64,000 bases of DNA from Carcharhinus longimanus (taxonomy: Eukaryota). Of the stretch, positions 11,570-23,579 are shown in pieces (position 1 is the stretch's first letter; the number at the start of each line of letters is the position of its first letter). The translations under genes were made by a program, and so were the position numbers. The stretch spans positions 61,585,942-61,649,941 of the forward strand of contig JASCQW010000032.1 of assembly GCA_030264375.1 (NCBI GenBank), in the 5' to 3' direction. The notes under the pieces are model-generated. The model did not search any database. It was given only the letters and a program-made list of their open reading frames with translations, and had not been told where the DNA came from.

Positions 11570-11860
11570 ATAAAATTAACAGAATAATAACACCCTCAGA
11601 CCGTTCTGCAGTGGAATAAATATTCATTTATCGCTCTTTAAGCTTTAGAAATAATTTGATTGGATGCCGCTCTCTGTGTTGAGATTGTATTACAGAAGGT
11701 TTAACCTCTCCCCATGTCTCCAAACCGAGATCATTTACATTTCTTTATGTCTTTTTTTGGCCTGCAATCTTGGACGAAAGCGTGCACGCTGTTGTTTTTA
11801 CTGACTGACTCATTACCTGCTCCAAAAAATTGTTGCTTCACAATAGGATGCTAATTCCTG
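11570..11860. promoter_or_regulatory. Candidate conserved non-coding element or enhancer
   Basis: Unique, AT-rich but CpG-retaining. TAAT, TGATTGGAT (PBX-HOX-like), ACAAT (SOX) and TGACTCA motifs. Confidence 0.35.
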
Positions 11861-11865
11861 AATAT

Positions 11866-12212
11866 TCATAAAATCCCTGCAGTGCAGAAGGAGGCCATTT
11901 GGCCTATCGAGCCTGCACTGACAACAATCCCACCCTATCCCTGTAACCCCCTTGCACTTATCCCTCTGACAATAAGGGGCAATATACCGTGGCCAATCCA
12001 CCTCACCTACACATCTTGGGACACTAAGGGTCAATTTAGCATGGCCTAACCTGCACATCTTTGGACTGTGGGAGGAAACCAGAGCACCCGGAGGAGACCC
12101 ACGCAGACACAAGGAGAATGTGCAGACTCTGCACAGACAGTGACCCAAGCCGGGAATTGAACCTGAGTCCCTGGCGCTGTGAGGCAGCAGTGCTAACCAC
12201 TGTGCCACCGTG
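11866..12212 (-). mobile_element. HE1-type V-SINE with internally duplicated segment
   Basis: Full head to tail. The taagggg(c/t)caat...tggcc...acct(a/g)cacatctt unit occurs twice. Confidence 0.9.
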
Positions 12213-12231
12213 TCACTCATATTGTGGATTC

Positions 12232-12456
12232 TCATAAAAACCCTACGGTGCAGATGAGACCCATTAAGTGTGCATCGACAATAATTCCACCTAGGCCTTA
12301 TCCCCGTAATCCACACGTTTATCCTGCTAATCCCTCTAACCTTCACTTCCCGGGACACTAAAGGGCAATTTAGCATGGCCGATCCACCTAACCAGCACAT
12401 CGTTTGGGCTGTGGGAGGAAACCGGAGTACCCGGAGGAAACCCATGCAGACATGGG
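12232..12456 (-). mobile_element. HE1-type V-SINE (head lost in gap)
   Basis: gggacactaaagggcaatttagcatggcc...tgtgggaggaaaccggagtacccggagg. Confidence 0.85.
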
Positions 12457-12589
12457 NNNNNNNNNNNNNNNNNNNNNNNNNNNNNNNNNNNNNNNNNNNN
12501 NNNNNNNNNNNNNNNNNNNNNNNNNNNNNNNNNNNNNNNNNNNNNNNNNNNNNNNNGTCCCCTCTCAGTCTTCTAAATTCCAATGTCTT

Positions 12590-12745
12590 TTAAAAGCTGT
12601 TTAGACAGTTACATGGGTAAGATGGGTATAGAGGGATATGGGCCAAATGCAGGCAATTGGAACTAGCTTAGGGGTTTAAAAAAGGGGGCGGCATGGACAA
12701 GATGGGCTGAAGGGCTTGTTTCCATGCTGTAAACCTCTATGAATG
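12590..12745 (+). mobile_element. CR1/HER1 LINE 3' tail
   Basis: ttagacagttacatgggtaagatggg...gggctgaagggcttgtttccatgctgtaaacctctatg. Confidence 0.8.
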
Positions 12746-12769
12746 TATAACTCTGTATCAAATTATCAA

Positions 12770-13300
12770 ATACATAGTTACCCAATTTCAAGCTTTGTTA
12801 TTTCTACAAAGAATTCTTCATTTTACAGGACACATCTACCTTCCTTAAATCAATGCCGACTCCCTCTTACCATACCATATCTCTCTACATGTTTCGTATC
12901 TGCTCTTTAAAGATAAATGCAAAGAAAAATGTCAAGTTCACTGGTCTACATTTCCTGGGTTCTCACTGTGCCTCCTTTTAAAGATTGCAATTATTTTGAC
13001 TACTTTCTAATCTGCTGACATCACTCCTGATTCCAATGATTCTCTAAAATTGATTCTCTAGAATTGATGACATTGATGAAACTGATTTCACTTCTTTAAA
13101 ATATCCTTGTATGAAGTCTATTCAGACATATTTGTCTTGCCTGCCTTTAGCTTCCTCAGCCTATCACTGATCAGCCTATCCAAAATATCTATTCATTTTA
13201 CTATTTATTCCAACCCTTCTCCCTGGAAATTCAATTTCCTGGATGGGCAGATTACTCATGACCTTCTCTGTTAATAAAGAAAAAGGATTTGTTTGGTGTA
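12770..13300 (-). mobile_element. Old CR1 ORF2 internal fragment
   Basis: Minus strand ESLESGVMSAD*KVVKIIAIFK resembles the CR1 SLxxGxVPxDWKxANVxPIFKK motif. Confidence 0.5.
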
Positions 13301-14261
13301 TGTTTCAGTGCATTAGATAATATTTATTGCCTCGAAGCAAACCATTCAACCCTAAGTTCCATGATAGTGTTCATGCTTCACTTAAACATCCTCCACCATC
13401 ACTCATCTAATTTGTTGTTGTAATAATTCATTGATTTCTGATGAGTTGAGTCACCCTCATGCCTGCGTGATTTTGGCGGGGGGTGGAGAGACAGGTGGTG
13501 ACCTGTTACTTGAGTGGTGTGGGAAGGAAGCCCCATCTTTGCTGTTGAGTTATATGCTTCATCCCTGATCAGTGAGGGTTTCCCGAGATGTGCACCTTTA
13601 TGATGTGCTCGTTTGCACCTTGTTACTCCCACCTGACAGACTCTGCCAGTGCCAACGGGAAACAGTCTCGTTTTCCCGCTGGTGTGGGCACTTAGCCTGA
13701 AAAAGGGTGAACTCCACCTGTAGTCAAGTATCTCACTTTTATCTCCGTAATCTTGAATGCGTAATCTTAAAGTCTAATTACTCACATTCTGAATTGGCTT
13801 GAGATTTATCACACACTCCACTGTGTCTCTCAGAGTCAAATGAGTGGCGGACTCAGAGTATGGCAGATTTTCCCCACATACTTTAGTTTGCTAGATCTTA
13901 GCCAGACATTTTATTGGCACCTAAGAATTATGAATCATTATGACAAATATCAATCAGATTAAAGGACCAGCATTTTCATCTGCATTTTAACATAATTGTA
14001 AATGTTGCCAAAAAGCAGAATTCTTATAACCAGAAGAATTTTGCAATTCTCCCTCATTTTACTCATTAGAAATTGTCATTTGTATCTTGAATGTCTTCTG
14101 TCAGGTGGAATTTGATGTCCTTCTTCCTGGAGATTTGGGTGCTAGGGGCTGGCAGTGTATATCTCACTGCCTTCCTGCTGCAATCCTAATTAAATCTGAG
14201 ACATTTCTCCTCCACTATCAATTGAGACCCTAAGTAGGCACTTAATTAAGTTTTAATTAAG

Positions 14262-15072
14262 AGCTTCAAGTTCTTTCGAGTCCAGATCTCCAACAATCTG
14301 CCCTGATCTCTATAAGCGGATGCTATAGTTAAGAAAGACAACCAACACTTCTGCTTTCTCAGGAGGCTAAGGAAAATTGGCATGTCCACTACAATTCACA
14401 CCAATTTCTACAGGTACACCATAGAAAGCATTCACTCTGGTTGTTTCACAGCTTGGTATGGCTCCTGCTCTGTCCAAGATGCAATAAATTACAAAGTGTC
14501 ATGGTCAAACCCCAGTCCATCACTCAAACCAGCCTCTCATCTATTGACACTATCTACACTTCCTGCTGCCTCAGAAAAGCAGCCAGCATGATCAAGGACC
14601 TCACACACTCCATACATACTCCCTTCCACCTTCTTCCATTGGGAAAAAGATACAAAAGTCTGAGGACATGTATCAACCAACTCAAAACCAACTTCTTCCC
14701 TGCTGTCATCAGACTTTTGAATGGACCTACCTCACATTNNNNNNNNNNNNNNNNNNNNNNNNNNNNNNNNNNNNNNNNNNNNNNNNNNNNNNNNNNNNNN
14801 NNNNNNNNNNNNNNNNNNNNNNNNNNNNNNNNNNNNNNAGGACATGTATCAACCAACTCAAAAACAACTTCTTCCCTGCTGTCATCAGACTTTTGAATGG
14901 ACCTACCTCACATTAAGTTGATTTTTCTTGACACCCTATCTATGTCTGTAACATACAGTCTGCACTCTCGCCTTTCGTTCCTAATGTATGATATGCTTTG
15001 CGTGTATAGCGCACAAGAAACAATACTTTTCACTGTAAACTAATACACGTGACAATACATCAAACCAAATCA
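14262..15072 (+). mobile_element. Rex1/Babar LINE, 5'-truncated
   Basis: FKFFRVQISNNL...IVKK...FLRRLRKIGMS...TNFYRYTIESI..CFTAWYG...CLRKAASMIKD...LLPLGKRYKSLRT...FFPAVIRLLN. Same 3' tail as 1-350. Split by a 100-N gap with duplicated flanks. Confidence 0.9.
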
Positions 15073-15480
15073 AGAAACTAAGCATCAGGGTCGGTGACTG
15101 TGTTTGAATAATTATCCATTATCTGCAGTACTTTGAGCTTCATTAAATAAGATGATGCTATACAATTGCAAATGTGCCTTTTTTAAATTAATAAACTGCA
15201 GCATATTACAGCAATTTCTCACAGAACTTTAAACAGCAACTTCACCCTGAGATATACACAAGTTGCAAGTTTGCTAAAGCTCAGTGCGAAGCATTTCAAT
15301 GCATGAAAATGTTTCACCACCGAGCCAAAGACAGATCAATTATAAATCCCAGATTCATTGGTGCTGAGTAAATTGATCTGAAGCAATCTGACAATCAGTC
15401 TCAGAAGGGGTGAAATTTAATATCAGTCACAGTGCAGAAATGGGCAGTAGGAAGATGGGTGTAAATTCCACCCTCTGCAG

Positions 15481-15630
15481 GATGGCACGGTGGCACAGTG
15501 GTTCGCACATCAGCAGGAACCCGGATTCAATTCCCAGCTTGGGTCAGTGTCTGTGCGGAGGTTGTATGTTCTCCCTATGTCTGCATGGGTTTCCTCTGTG
15601 TGCTCCAGTTTCATCCCACAGTCTGAAAGA
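15481..15630 (+). mobile_element. HE1-type SINE, 5' half only
   Basis: ggcacggtggcacagtggtt...ttcaattcccagcttgggtc...cccacagtctgaaaga. Confidence 0.8.
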
Positions 15631-17375
15631 TTTTGTGACTTGGCAGATCCACTTCTGTTTAAAGTTTTCCATTAGATCCAACATTCGCTCTAGGGAGTGC
15701 AGGATAGAATTGTTTCTGACCCACTGCCCCCCAAAGCAAATTGTCGGCAACAAAGGATTGGAAAGTGTTTAGGTTAGCTGGTTCTCTGGGGTACACCCAA
15801 TTGTTTTAGAAGCCATTCGGCCTTCTGGCCCTCACCCTTCACATTGTATCATTTGAAATTCAGCCAAACATTCATATGGCATAATACCCACTGAAATTTT
15901 TCAGCAAAAAAGTAAACTGAAACTGCCCAAATGTTTCCTCACCTATATCAGATGATCTGTCAATCAAAGCAGTCCAGCAGATGGTGTTTATTTCAATGAC
16001 AGCTTAGCTTGTCTTTCAAGTTTAAAGAGAAGAATTTTAAAAAAGCCTTTAAATCAGGACACTTAAACTGCCATTACTCACCCTTGAAGAGTCTGTATGT
16101 CTATTCCATCCATTTGTGACTCCCACACTGCATGCTAAGACAGCTAAAATATGGTCTGTTTGAATTCAACACTAAGTTCAAATGGTTCCGTTTGGTTTAG
16201 GCTTCCTGTCTGCTTCAATCATACCCTGTCCACTTACCCTGCCAGAAAAAAAGTGGAACCGTCAAAAATGGGTGTGGGATTTCTGCTTTGGGATCCAACC
16301 TACTATTTTTAAAGTTCTGTGGAGTCTTCCCAACTCTTCAACGATATGGCCCCAAATGTCTTCAGTAACAAGCAAAAGAAACGTTTGTCACATAATTGCA
16401 CTGAATCGAAAAGGTGCTTTTCTATACTGGCTTGTATCTTTAGTTAATGACAAATTTAAACAGATACAGGCAATCCTTCTTAAAAACCCACAAGTTCAAG
16501 ACAACATTGTTAGGAACAAATAGAAATTAGAGTTCATTAATTGGCTAAGTATGAATATGGGTTGCAAATTTGTATTCAAGATACTGTTAACTCGATAAGT
16601 CTAGCTAATTAATTGGCCCTGTGAGGTTTGTTTAATGTCTGTCTCGTATCCTATCAGCCATGTTTCAGCTGTTCACCACAGCTCACCCGAACCAGAATTT
16701 TACATGTGTAAATTTTTGACCGTTCTGCTGCAACAACCAAGATATCCATTTCAAAGCTATGGTGAATTGTACCTTTTCAGTGTCACAGGTAAAACTAGTG
16801 GTTATATTGAAAGAATGTCACTATCATATTGCTTTTTTTTAAAAAGTTACATTAGCAATTGCTGTCAGAGCAAATAAATGTCAGTTTATGTAAAATTTGC
16901 ATGTACTATATATAATACACCAAAGTGTATAAGCCTGCAATACGGGGCTGTGGAGTGAAAGGCCAATTTTTATGGAAGTAAATAGCAGGGTTTAGAAATG
17001 GCAAAACTAAAATGAAGCAGTACTTAGTAAAGGGAGATTAGCTTGTCAGAAGTCAGATGTTATCATGCAACTTCTGCCAGATGCAGAACTTAAAGTGTTT
17101 TACAGAAGGCCTTTCTGAGGCAGCACTCAATTTCTTTCATGCATGGTGAAAACTTTTAAACCATTGGTTAAAGTTTGCACCAATGTTTTTTTTCCCCCCA
17201 GTGACATAGTAATTACTACTTGCAAAACAGAGATACGCCAAAGCTCCAGCCATTATTTTCCACCCTGAATATCAGAGTTTTCTAAAATTAGATGAACTGA
17301 GAAAAACAAAAAAAAAGTAGATTGAGGCTGTTCCACTTAATGCACTAATAAGTGGTTAGAAGGTCAATTTAGAAG

Positions 17376-18012
17376 GGGAGGTTGTGGTGTAGTCACTGAT
17401 CTAATGGTTCAGAGGTCCATGCTCATGATCCTGCATTCAAATCCCACCGCACCAGATGGTAGAATTCAAATTCAATTAATCAGAAAATCTGGAATTGAAA
17501 GCTAGTCAGTAATGGTGTCCATGAAACTGTCAATTGTCATCAAAAACACATCTATTAATGTCCTTTATAGAACAGAATCCCTACTGGACAAAAGGAGGCC
17601 ATTAGGTCCATCAAGTCTACACTGACCGCAGTCCCACCCAGGCCCAATTCCGATAACCCCACACATTTACCCTGCACACCCCCCTGACACCAAGGGTCAA
17701 TTCACATGGTCAATCAACCTAAGCCGCACATCTTTGGACTGTGGGAAGAAACCAGAGCACCCGAAGGAAACCCATGTAGACACGGGGAGTATATGCAAAC
17801 TCCACACAGACAGTGACCTAGGCTGGAATTGAACCTGGGTCCCTGGTGCAGTGAGGCAGCAGTGCTAACCACAGTGCCACCTCCTTCAGGGAAAGAAATC
17901 TGCCCTCCTTACCGAGTCTGGCCTACATGTGACTCCAGACCCACAGCAGTATGGTTAACTTTTAACTGCCCTCTGCAATAGCCCAATGAACTACTCAGAT
18001 CAAGGGCATTGG
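17376..18012 (+). mobile_element. Family-B tRNA-SINE, interrupted by HE1 and Tx1 insertions
   Basis: ttcaaatcccacc...gatggtagaattcaaattc...[HE1]...cagggaaagaaatctgcc...ggcctacatgtgactccagaccc. Homologous to 36498-36856. Confidence 0.7.
17567..17880 (-). mobile_element. HE1-type V-SINE nested in family-B SINE
   Basis: Full HE1 pattern. Host sequence tcctt is repeated on both sides. Confidence 0.9.
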
Positions 18013-18328
18013 AAAGGTCACTGTGTAAGCCAATGTATACCTAGGGGCCAGTAACTGGGTAAAATCCCTCGCACAGTGTGTATATTCTAACTGTATGTAG
18101 CTCTATTGAAGTAGCACAGAGTGCAACATGACCTATGTGTAATAATTTGTAATGAATTTTGAACTCTGTAATGAAAATATTGGAAGACATGTACTGTTCT
18201 GAACTGAACTCAGCGTGCATTTTAATCTCAGAAAAAAAATGTAAATATTGTCAAACTTTACTACTGTAATAATTGGAAATGTGTTTTTCAGATTTTAAAT
18301 GAATAAAGTATATTTTTGCAAAAATAAA
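18011..18328 (+). mobile_element. L1/Tx1-type LINE 3' end
   Basis: ggaaaggtcactgtgtaa resembles a recalled Tx1 ORF2 stop region (GKxTV*). AT-rich 3' UTR ends atgaataaagtatatttttgc followed by an A-rich tail. Confidence 0.55.
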
Positions 18329-18688
18329 ATTAAGGATGGAAACCACTTGGACTTTTCACTGAAATCAAACATTGGATCAAGCCCAAGATGGGATGCAATG
18401 CCTTATCTTGTCAACTTGGATCTTTGTTCAGGGGACGATGAATTGGATTCAGTTGGGTTTTGAATTTGGTTTTTGGAGAAAGCAAGAAATGGATTTGGGT
18501 TTGNNNNNNNNNNTGATGGGTCCATTCTGAGCAATGGCTTAGTAACTTCAAGAATGGAGTAAAAAGAAATTAGGGATAGTTAATAAATGTAGCCATATCC
18601 ATATCATGTGAAAGATTTTTTTAAAAATCGGTTTAATTGGTGGGCAATTCTTATTGAAAGTAACTTTTATAGATGTGATTTTCTATGT

Positions 18689-19024
18689 TCATAGAATCAT
18701 AAAAATCCTACAGTGCAGAAGGAGGCCATTTGGCTCACCAAGTCTACACTAGCAACAATCCCACCCAGGACCTATCCTCATAAACCCACATATCTACCCT
18801 CCTAATCTATGCATCCTAGGACACTAAGGGGCAATTTATTATGGCCAATGCACCTAATCCGCACATCTTTGGACTGTAGGAGGAACACAGAGCACCTGAA
18901 GGAAACCCACGCAGACACGGGGAGAACATACAGACTTCATACAGACAGTAATCTAAGCGGGGAATCAAACCCAGGTCCCTGGAGCTGTGAAGCAGCAGTG
19001 CTAACCATTGTGCCACAATGCCGC
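18689..19024 (-). mobile_element. HE1-type V-SINE
   Basis: catagaatcata...cagtgcagaaggaggcc...gcagcagtgctaaccattgtgccac. Confidence 0.9.
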
Positions 19025-19181
19025 CTGTTCATTTGCATTGGGAAGATGATGGAAAATATTGCGGGAAATCTAACGTGTTTCACAATGACATGAAGACGTG
19101 ATGTGATTATCCCCTCCCCGCAACAGTGATGGGCCACTTTTCCCCTGTACAATGTTGGAAACCTCATTTGAATAACTTAGA

Positions 19182-19318
19182 TGGAGGAATTTTCCTGTCC
19201 CACTGGCCACCAGGATTGTAGTGGGTTGGGGAGAGGGAGATGGACCATGCATATTTCCGTTGACCTCGGGTGGGATTTTCCAGTTTTGGGGTGAGCATGG
19301 CTGCAAAATCATACCCAG
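19182..19318. mobile_element. Harbinger-type MITE
   Basis: Imperfect TIRs (ggaggaattttcc / gcaaaatcataccc). Internal gttgacctcgggtgggatttt matches the reverse complement of 25075-25097. Confidence 0.5.
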
Positions 19319-19364
19319 CATCTCACTATTAGGCCCATGCACTGGAATCAAACCCTCATGTCAA

Positions 19365-19790
19365 ATAGAAACATAGAAAATAGGAGCACAAGGGGGCTAT
19401 ACAGCCCATCGAGCCTGCTCCACCATTCATTATGATCACGGCTGATCATCTAACTCAATTGTCTGATTCCACCTTCCCCTCATATCATTTGATCCCCTTT
19501 ACCTCAAGTGCTATATCTACCTGTCTCTTAAAAAATATTCACTACTTTATGAATTCCATAGGCTGACTACTTTCTGGGTGAAGGAATTTCTTCTAATCCC
19601 AGTCCTAAACAGTGTACTCTGTATTCTCAGACTGTGGCCCTTGGTTTGGACACCCCCACCATTGGAAACATCTTCCTTGTACTTACCCTGTTTAGTCCTC
19701 TTAGAATATCATAAGTTTCTATGAGATTCCCCCTCATTCTTCTGAACTCCAGCAAATACAATTCTAATTGAGTCAATCTCTCCTCACAAT
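19365..19790 (-). mobile_element. CR1 LINE 3' fragment
   Basis: atagaaacatagaaaataggagca tail; atgagattccccctcattcttctgaactc reads EFRRMRGNL on the minus strand. Confidence 0.85.
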
Positions 19791-19971
19791 GCAATCATGG
19801 CTGTGTGATGTCAGAATGGTGTGAAGCATGACAGGTCCCAGAAGACGTGCATCAGGTGAACTGTGTTTCCAGGGGAGCTTGGAGATGAATGCAGCACTTA
19901 GTGGGGGATGGTGAAGAGGCTCATGTCAGGGTGATACTGAGGGATGCCAGGGTGCCAGGGTAATGCCAGAA

Positions 19972-20275
19972 ACCAGAACTTGAGGGCACAGCCTCAAAAC
20001 AAGGGTGGGCGTGGGGGAGCAGTTTAGAACAGAGTTGAGGAGGAACTTCTCAGAGGGTGGTGACTCTCTGGAATTCTCTGCCCGTTGAAGTGGTGGAGGC
20101 TACCTCATTGAATATGTTTAAGNNNNNNNNNNNNNNNNNNNNNNNNNNNNNNNNNNNNNNNNNNNNNNNNNNNNNNNNNNNNNNNNNNNNNNNNNNNNNN
20201 NNNNNNNNNNNNNNNNNNNNNNGGCAGGCTCAAAGGGCTAGATGGCCTACTCCTGCTCCTATTTCTTATGTTCTT
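19972..20275 (+). mobile_element. CR1 LINE 3' fragment spanning a gap
   Basis: RVVTLWNSLPVEVVEATSLNMFK; tail ggcctactcctgctcctatttcttatgttctt. Confidence 0.85.
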
Positions 20276-21178
20276 GGGTGCCAGTTTGTTGCCAGTTTAA
20301 TGCGAGGTTGGTGCGGAGATGTACTTGGATGAAAGTTTCTCTGCCTTTGTTCGCAGTGCAATGGGGTAGCCTTTCGAAATAGTGCCCGGATCACTGATTT
20401 GTTGAGTTGATGGGGAGGTGGGTGAATCAGAGACTACTTGCCAGTGACATGGTGTGCAACCTGTTCCTGGCTTCTTTCTTCTTCAAAGTCCCACACCATT
20501 TGATGGAAAAAGCTGACATTGACGTTAGTGACCTCAATGCTGCTTTTCCCACCCAACATTGGTCTTCGCCAATATCGGAGGAAATCTCACCCATCATTTT
20601 TGAAATGTAGTGATGGCATAGGCAGAATCCCCTGCCTCAGATACACATGGTCATGTAGCGGCAAGCTCACCAATGGTAAGGCTATGACAGTAGCTTGTCA
20701 GGAAGAGAAACCATGAAATACTATTCTAAAACACATCTTTGTGAGCAGATATCATTCTCTTGCGGCTATGAAATCCTTGTCTAATTATTGCTGGAATTAA
20801 ATTTAATATCTTCAAAGTCCAAATGTGAAGATTGACATCAAAATTATTCAGAATATTTTCAAAAAAATAAATGTTCACAGAGAGGGAAGAGACGAACGAA
20901 AAACAACTGGAGTTCTTCATAAGGGTGTAACAGCTGGCAAGCTGGAAGGGTATAATGCCATTGGTTACACTTACTTACCATGCAACAGGAAATGGAAATA
21001 TTTATAAAACATGGCCTGACTAATTGTAATTAATGGTTATCGGAACTTAAGGATTGGGCTGGTTTTACCTCCAACTTCATTTTCTCTCATTAGATTGAAT
21101 GCGTTATATTACCCTCACTTTTACTTTGACTCTACAGATGGCTAACTGAATACGTTTTTAAAAACATATTGAGACACA

Positions 21179-22745
21179 GGGCAGAATTCTCCCAATTTGA
21201 AACTACACGCAATGGCTCCAGTGGCCCTTCTCCTGTCCACTATAATAGCGGGATCCCGCATCAAATTCTGTGCTTAGAATTTTATTATCTATGCAAAAGC
21301 GGGCAAGAAGCTCATTTATTCACCAACTCTCAGCTAACTAGTTCAAATGTCCTGGGGCCATGTTTAAACACCAGTCCATCACACTCATCACTCTTTTCAG
21401 CTCACGGTACACTAGCACAGTGGTTAGCACTGCTGCTTCACAGCTCCAGGGACCTGGGTTTGATTCCCGGATTAGGTCACTGTCTGTGTGGATTTCCTCC
21501 AGGTTGTCTGGTTTCCTCCCACAGTCCAAAGATATACAGGTTAGGTTGATTGGCCATGCTAAAATTGCCCCTAAGAGTTCTGACATACATAGGTTAGAGG
21601 GATTAGCAGGTAAATATGTAGGGATATGGGGGTAGGGCCTGGGTGGGATTATGTTTGGTGCAGACTCGATGGGCCAGATGGCCTCTTTCTGCAGCTGTAG
21701 GGTTTCTATGATTCTACAATCTGTCTTCACCAGACTGTGCAGGAGTTCAGAAACCCAGAAGGAAAAGGCTAGCAGACTCAAGAAGAAGTCAGTTCCTTGA
21801 TTTAGCCCACCCACCTCCCCTGAGCTCACACCTGCAAGATGTCCATACTCCACTTGGGCATCTACCCACAGCATCTGGAGGCTTCATACATTCCCTTCCA
21901 GTAAAAAATGTGGTATCAGTTTAACCCCCTTGCCAGTGAGTTTGTCATGCAGCCTCATCAGGGTCCAACTTCCCTCCCCTCATTCTTTCCTCTGTCTTCC
22001 ATTGTTCACCTTCATCTTCTGTCTCCTTCTGCCCGAAAGCGTGAGCCCTCACCCTTCCCCCACACCGTCCTTGCACAGCTCTCCTTCCACATCGCCCCCT
22101 TGTCTTCATTAAACCGCACCTCCTCAGTCCCCAGCCTCACCGTGCACTCCATCCCGGTCTAACCTTGGATCTTTGTTGTGGTGGCTGCATGAGTCCCACA
22201 GCACTGTGCAGTCCAGGTAGATGCTGGTGTGTGCACCTGAAGGAAGAAGACCCCTGTACTCTCCAATCCTAAGCACAGTACTGATCTTACGCAGTGATAC
22301 AGGAGGGTCCATGGGTCAAGAAGCATGGTGCCGTCTATGAAGACCAGCTCAGCACGGAGATGGAGGGCAGGAACCGGTCAGAGTGATGAACAACACATCA
22401 GGAGCAACACAGCACAATGGCAGAGAGTTGTTGCACACACCTCAATGTCCCTGATGAACTGAAGACTTCCTTGTTTCTGTCACACATTATCAATTGGGTT
22501 TAATGCCAATGTAGTTTCCCGTTGGCGTGACACAAATTTGAAAGTCCTGATAGGATGGTTGTGGGTAGCTATTTCAATTAATGAGCATCGTGAAATGCAA
22601 ATACATGCAAGTGGCCCTTCCACCAGCTGCCAGCAGGAAAAATGACCCGCCGTTGGGAAAATTGTAAGTTGATTTTAAGCCTGCAGGTTTTCACTAGGCC
22701 CACCCACCATCAAACCCACCAAGGCTGGTTCAGGGAATTCCGCCC
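21179..22745 (-). mobile_element. Decayed Harbinger-type element with possible transposase C-terminal remnant
   Basis: Ends GGGCAGAATTCTC and GGGAATTCCGCCC (inverted). Minus strand ~22170-22290 loosely follows the HARBI1-type RFxCLD..GG.LQY.P...CC.LHN motif with frameshifts (...LCL/D...LQ..TP...SCSHHN). No clear TSD. Confidence 0.35.
21401..21716 (+). mobile_element. HE1-type V-SINE
   Basis: gcacagtggttagcactgctgcttcacagc...tail ctgcagctgtagggtttctatgattcta. Confidence 0.9.
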
Positions 22746-23084
22746 ATTATCTCTGATTTCAGTACTTCACCAAAATCTATAATCTAAAATTAATCATTAT
22801 TCTATCCAAAACAAATGTTAGGAATTTTCTAATCACTCATTATTCTAGGAGTTACTGTTGACTAAAAGCTTAATTGGAACAACCAGATCAAGATGGCTAC
22901 AAGAAAATCAATGCTTTGAACAAAATCTCTCCATCTATTGCCTCAATTACACTCTACTGGCTAGAAGTTTGTAGTTAGGGATATAATTGGGCACTCACTC
23001 TTTATCTAGGTGGGTGAAGCTGAAACTCAAAGAACCAAACAGCTTTCAGGTCAGGGCAGCCCAATTGATTAGTAACCTCGAATA

Positions 23085-23440
23085 TCCACTCCTTCCACTG
23101 TTTCACTACCATTGTAACATGAGTTATCTACAGGGGGCAATGCAGCAATTCATCAAAGATATTTCAAAAGTACTTCTCAGACTTGAGATCACTGCCATGA
23201 ATAAAAACAAGGTCATAGTGAATATGGAGCTTCAAGGCCTCTAGGTTTCCCCACAAGTTACATACTACCCTAGCTTGAACATAAAACATCACTCCTTCAC
23301 CATTTCCATGTCAGAATCTTAGAATTCTATAGCTAATGGCATAAAATAAAACTGTGATATGAAAAAAAAATCTATGAGATCCACTACCACCTTCTGAGGA
23401 AAACTAGGAATGGGCAATAAATGCATCTTGTCAACATCAA
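23085..23440 (+). mobile_element. Family-B LINE 3' end, old
   Basis: atccactccttccac...gcaatgcagcaattc...; ends ctaggaatgggcaataaatgc. Confidence 0.55.
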
Positions 23441-23579
23441 TAGGACCAAAAAACATTCTTATGCATTTGTTACAAATCCAACTTAAAAATATATAAAAAT
23501 GATAAACAAATATAAACAAGACACAGCATAGAAATGTTATTTGTAAATGATTTAAACAAGTTAAGTTTTTTTTGTCTTG

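Noticed and set aside
14663-14913. 75-bp direct repeat within the Rex1 copy (and a 30-bp one at 25256/25386)
   Set aside because: Both straddle 100-N placeholder gaps and are most simply unmerged contig overlaps.
20330-20720. Possible additional transposon or LINE coding remnant
   Set aside because: I could not reconstruct any consistent motif.
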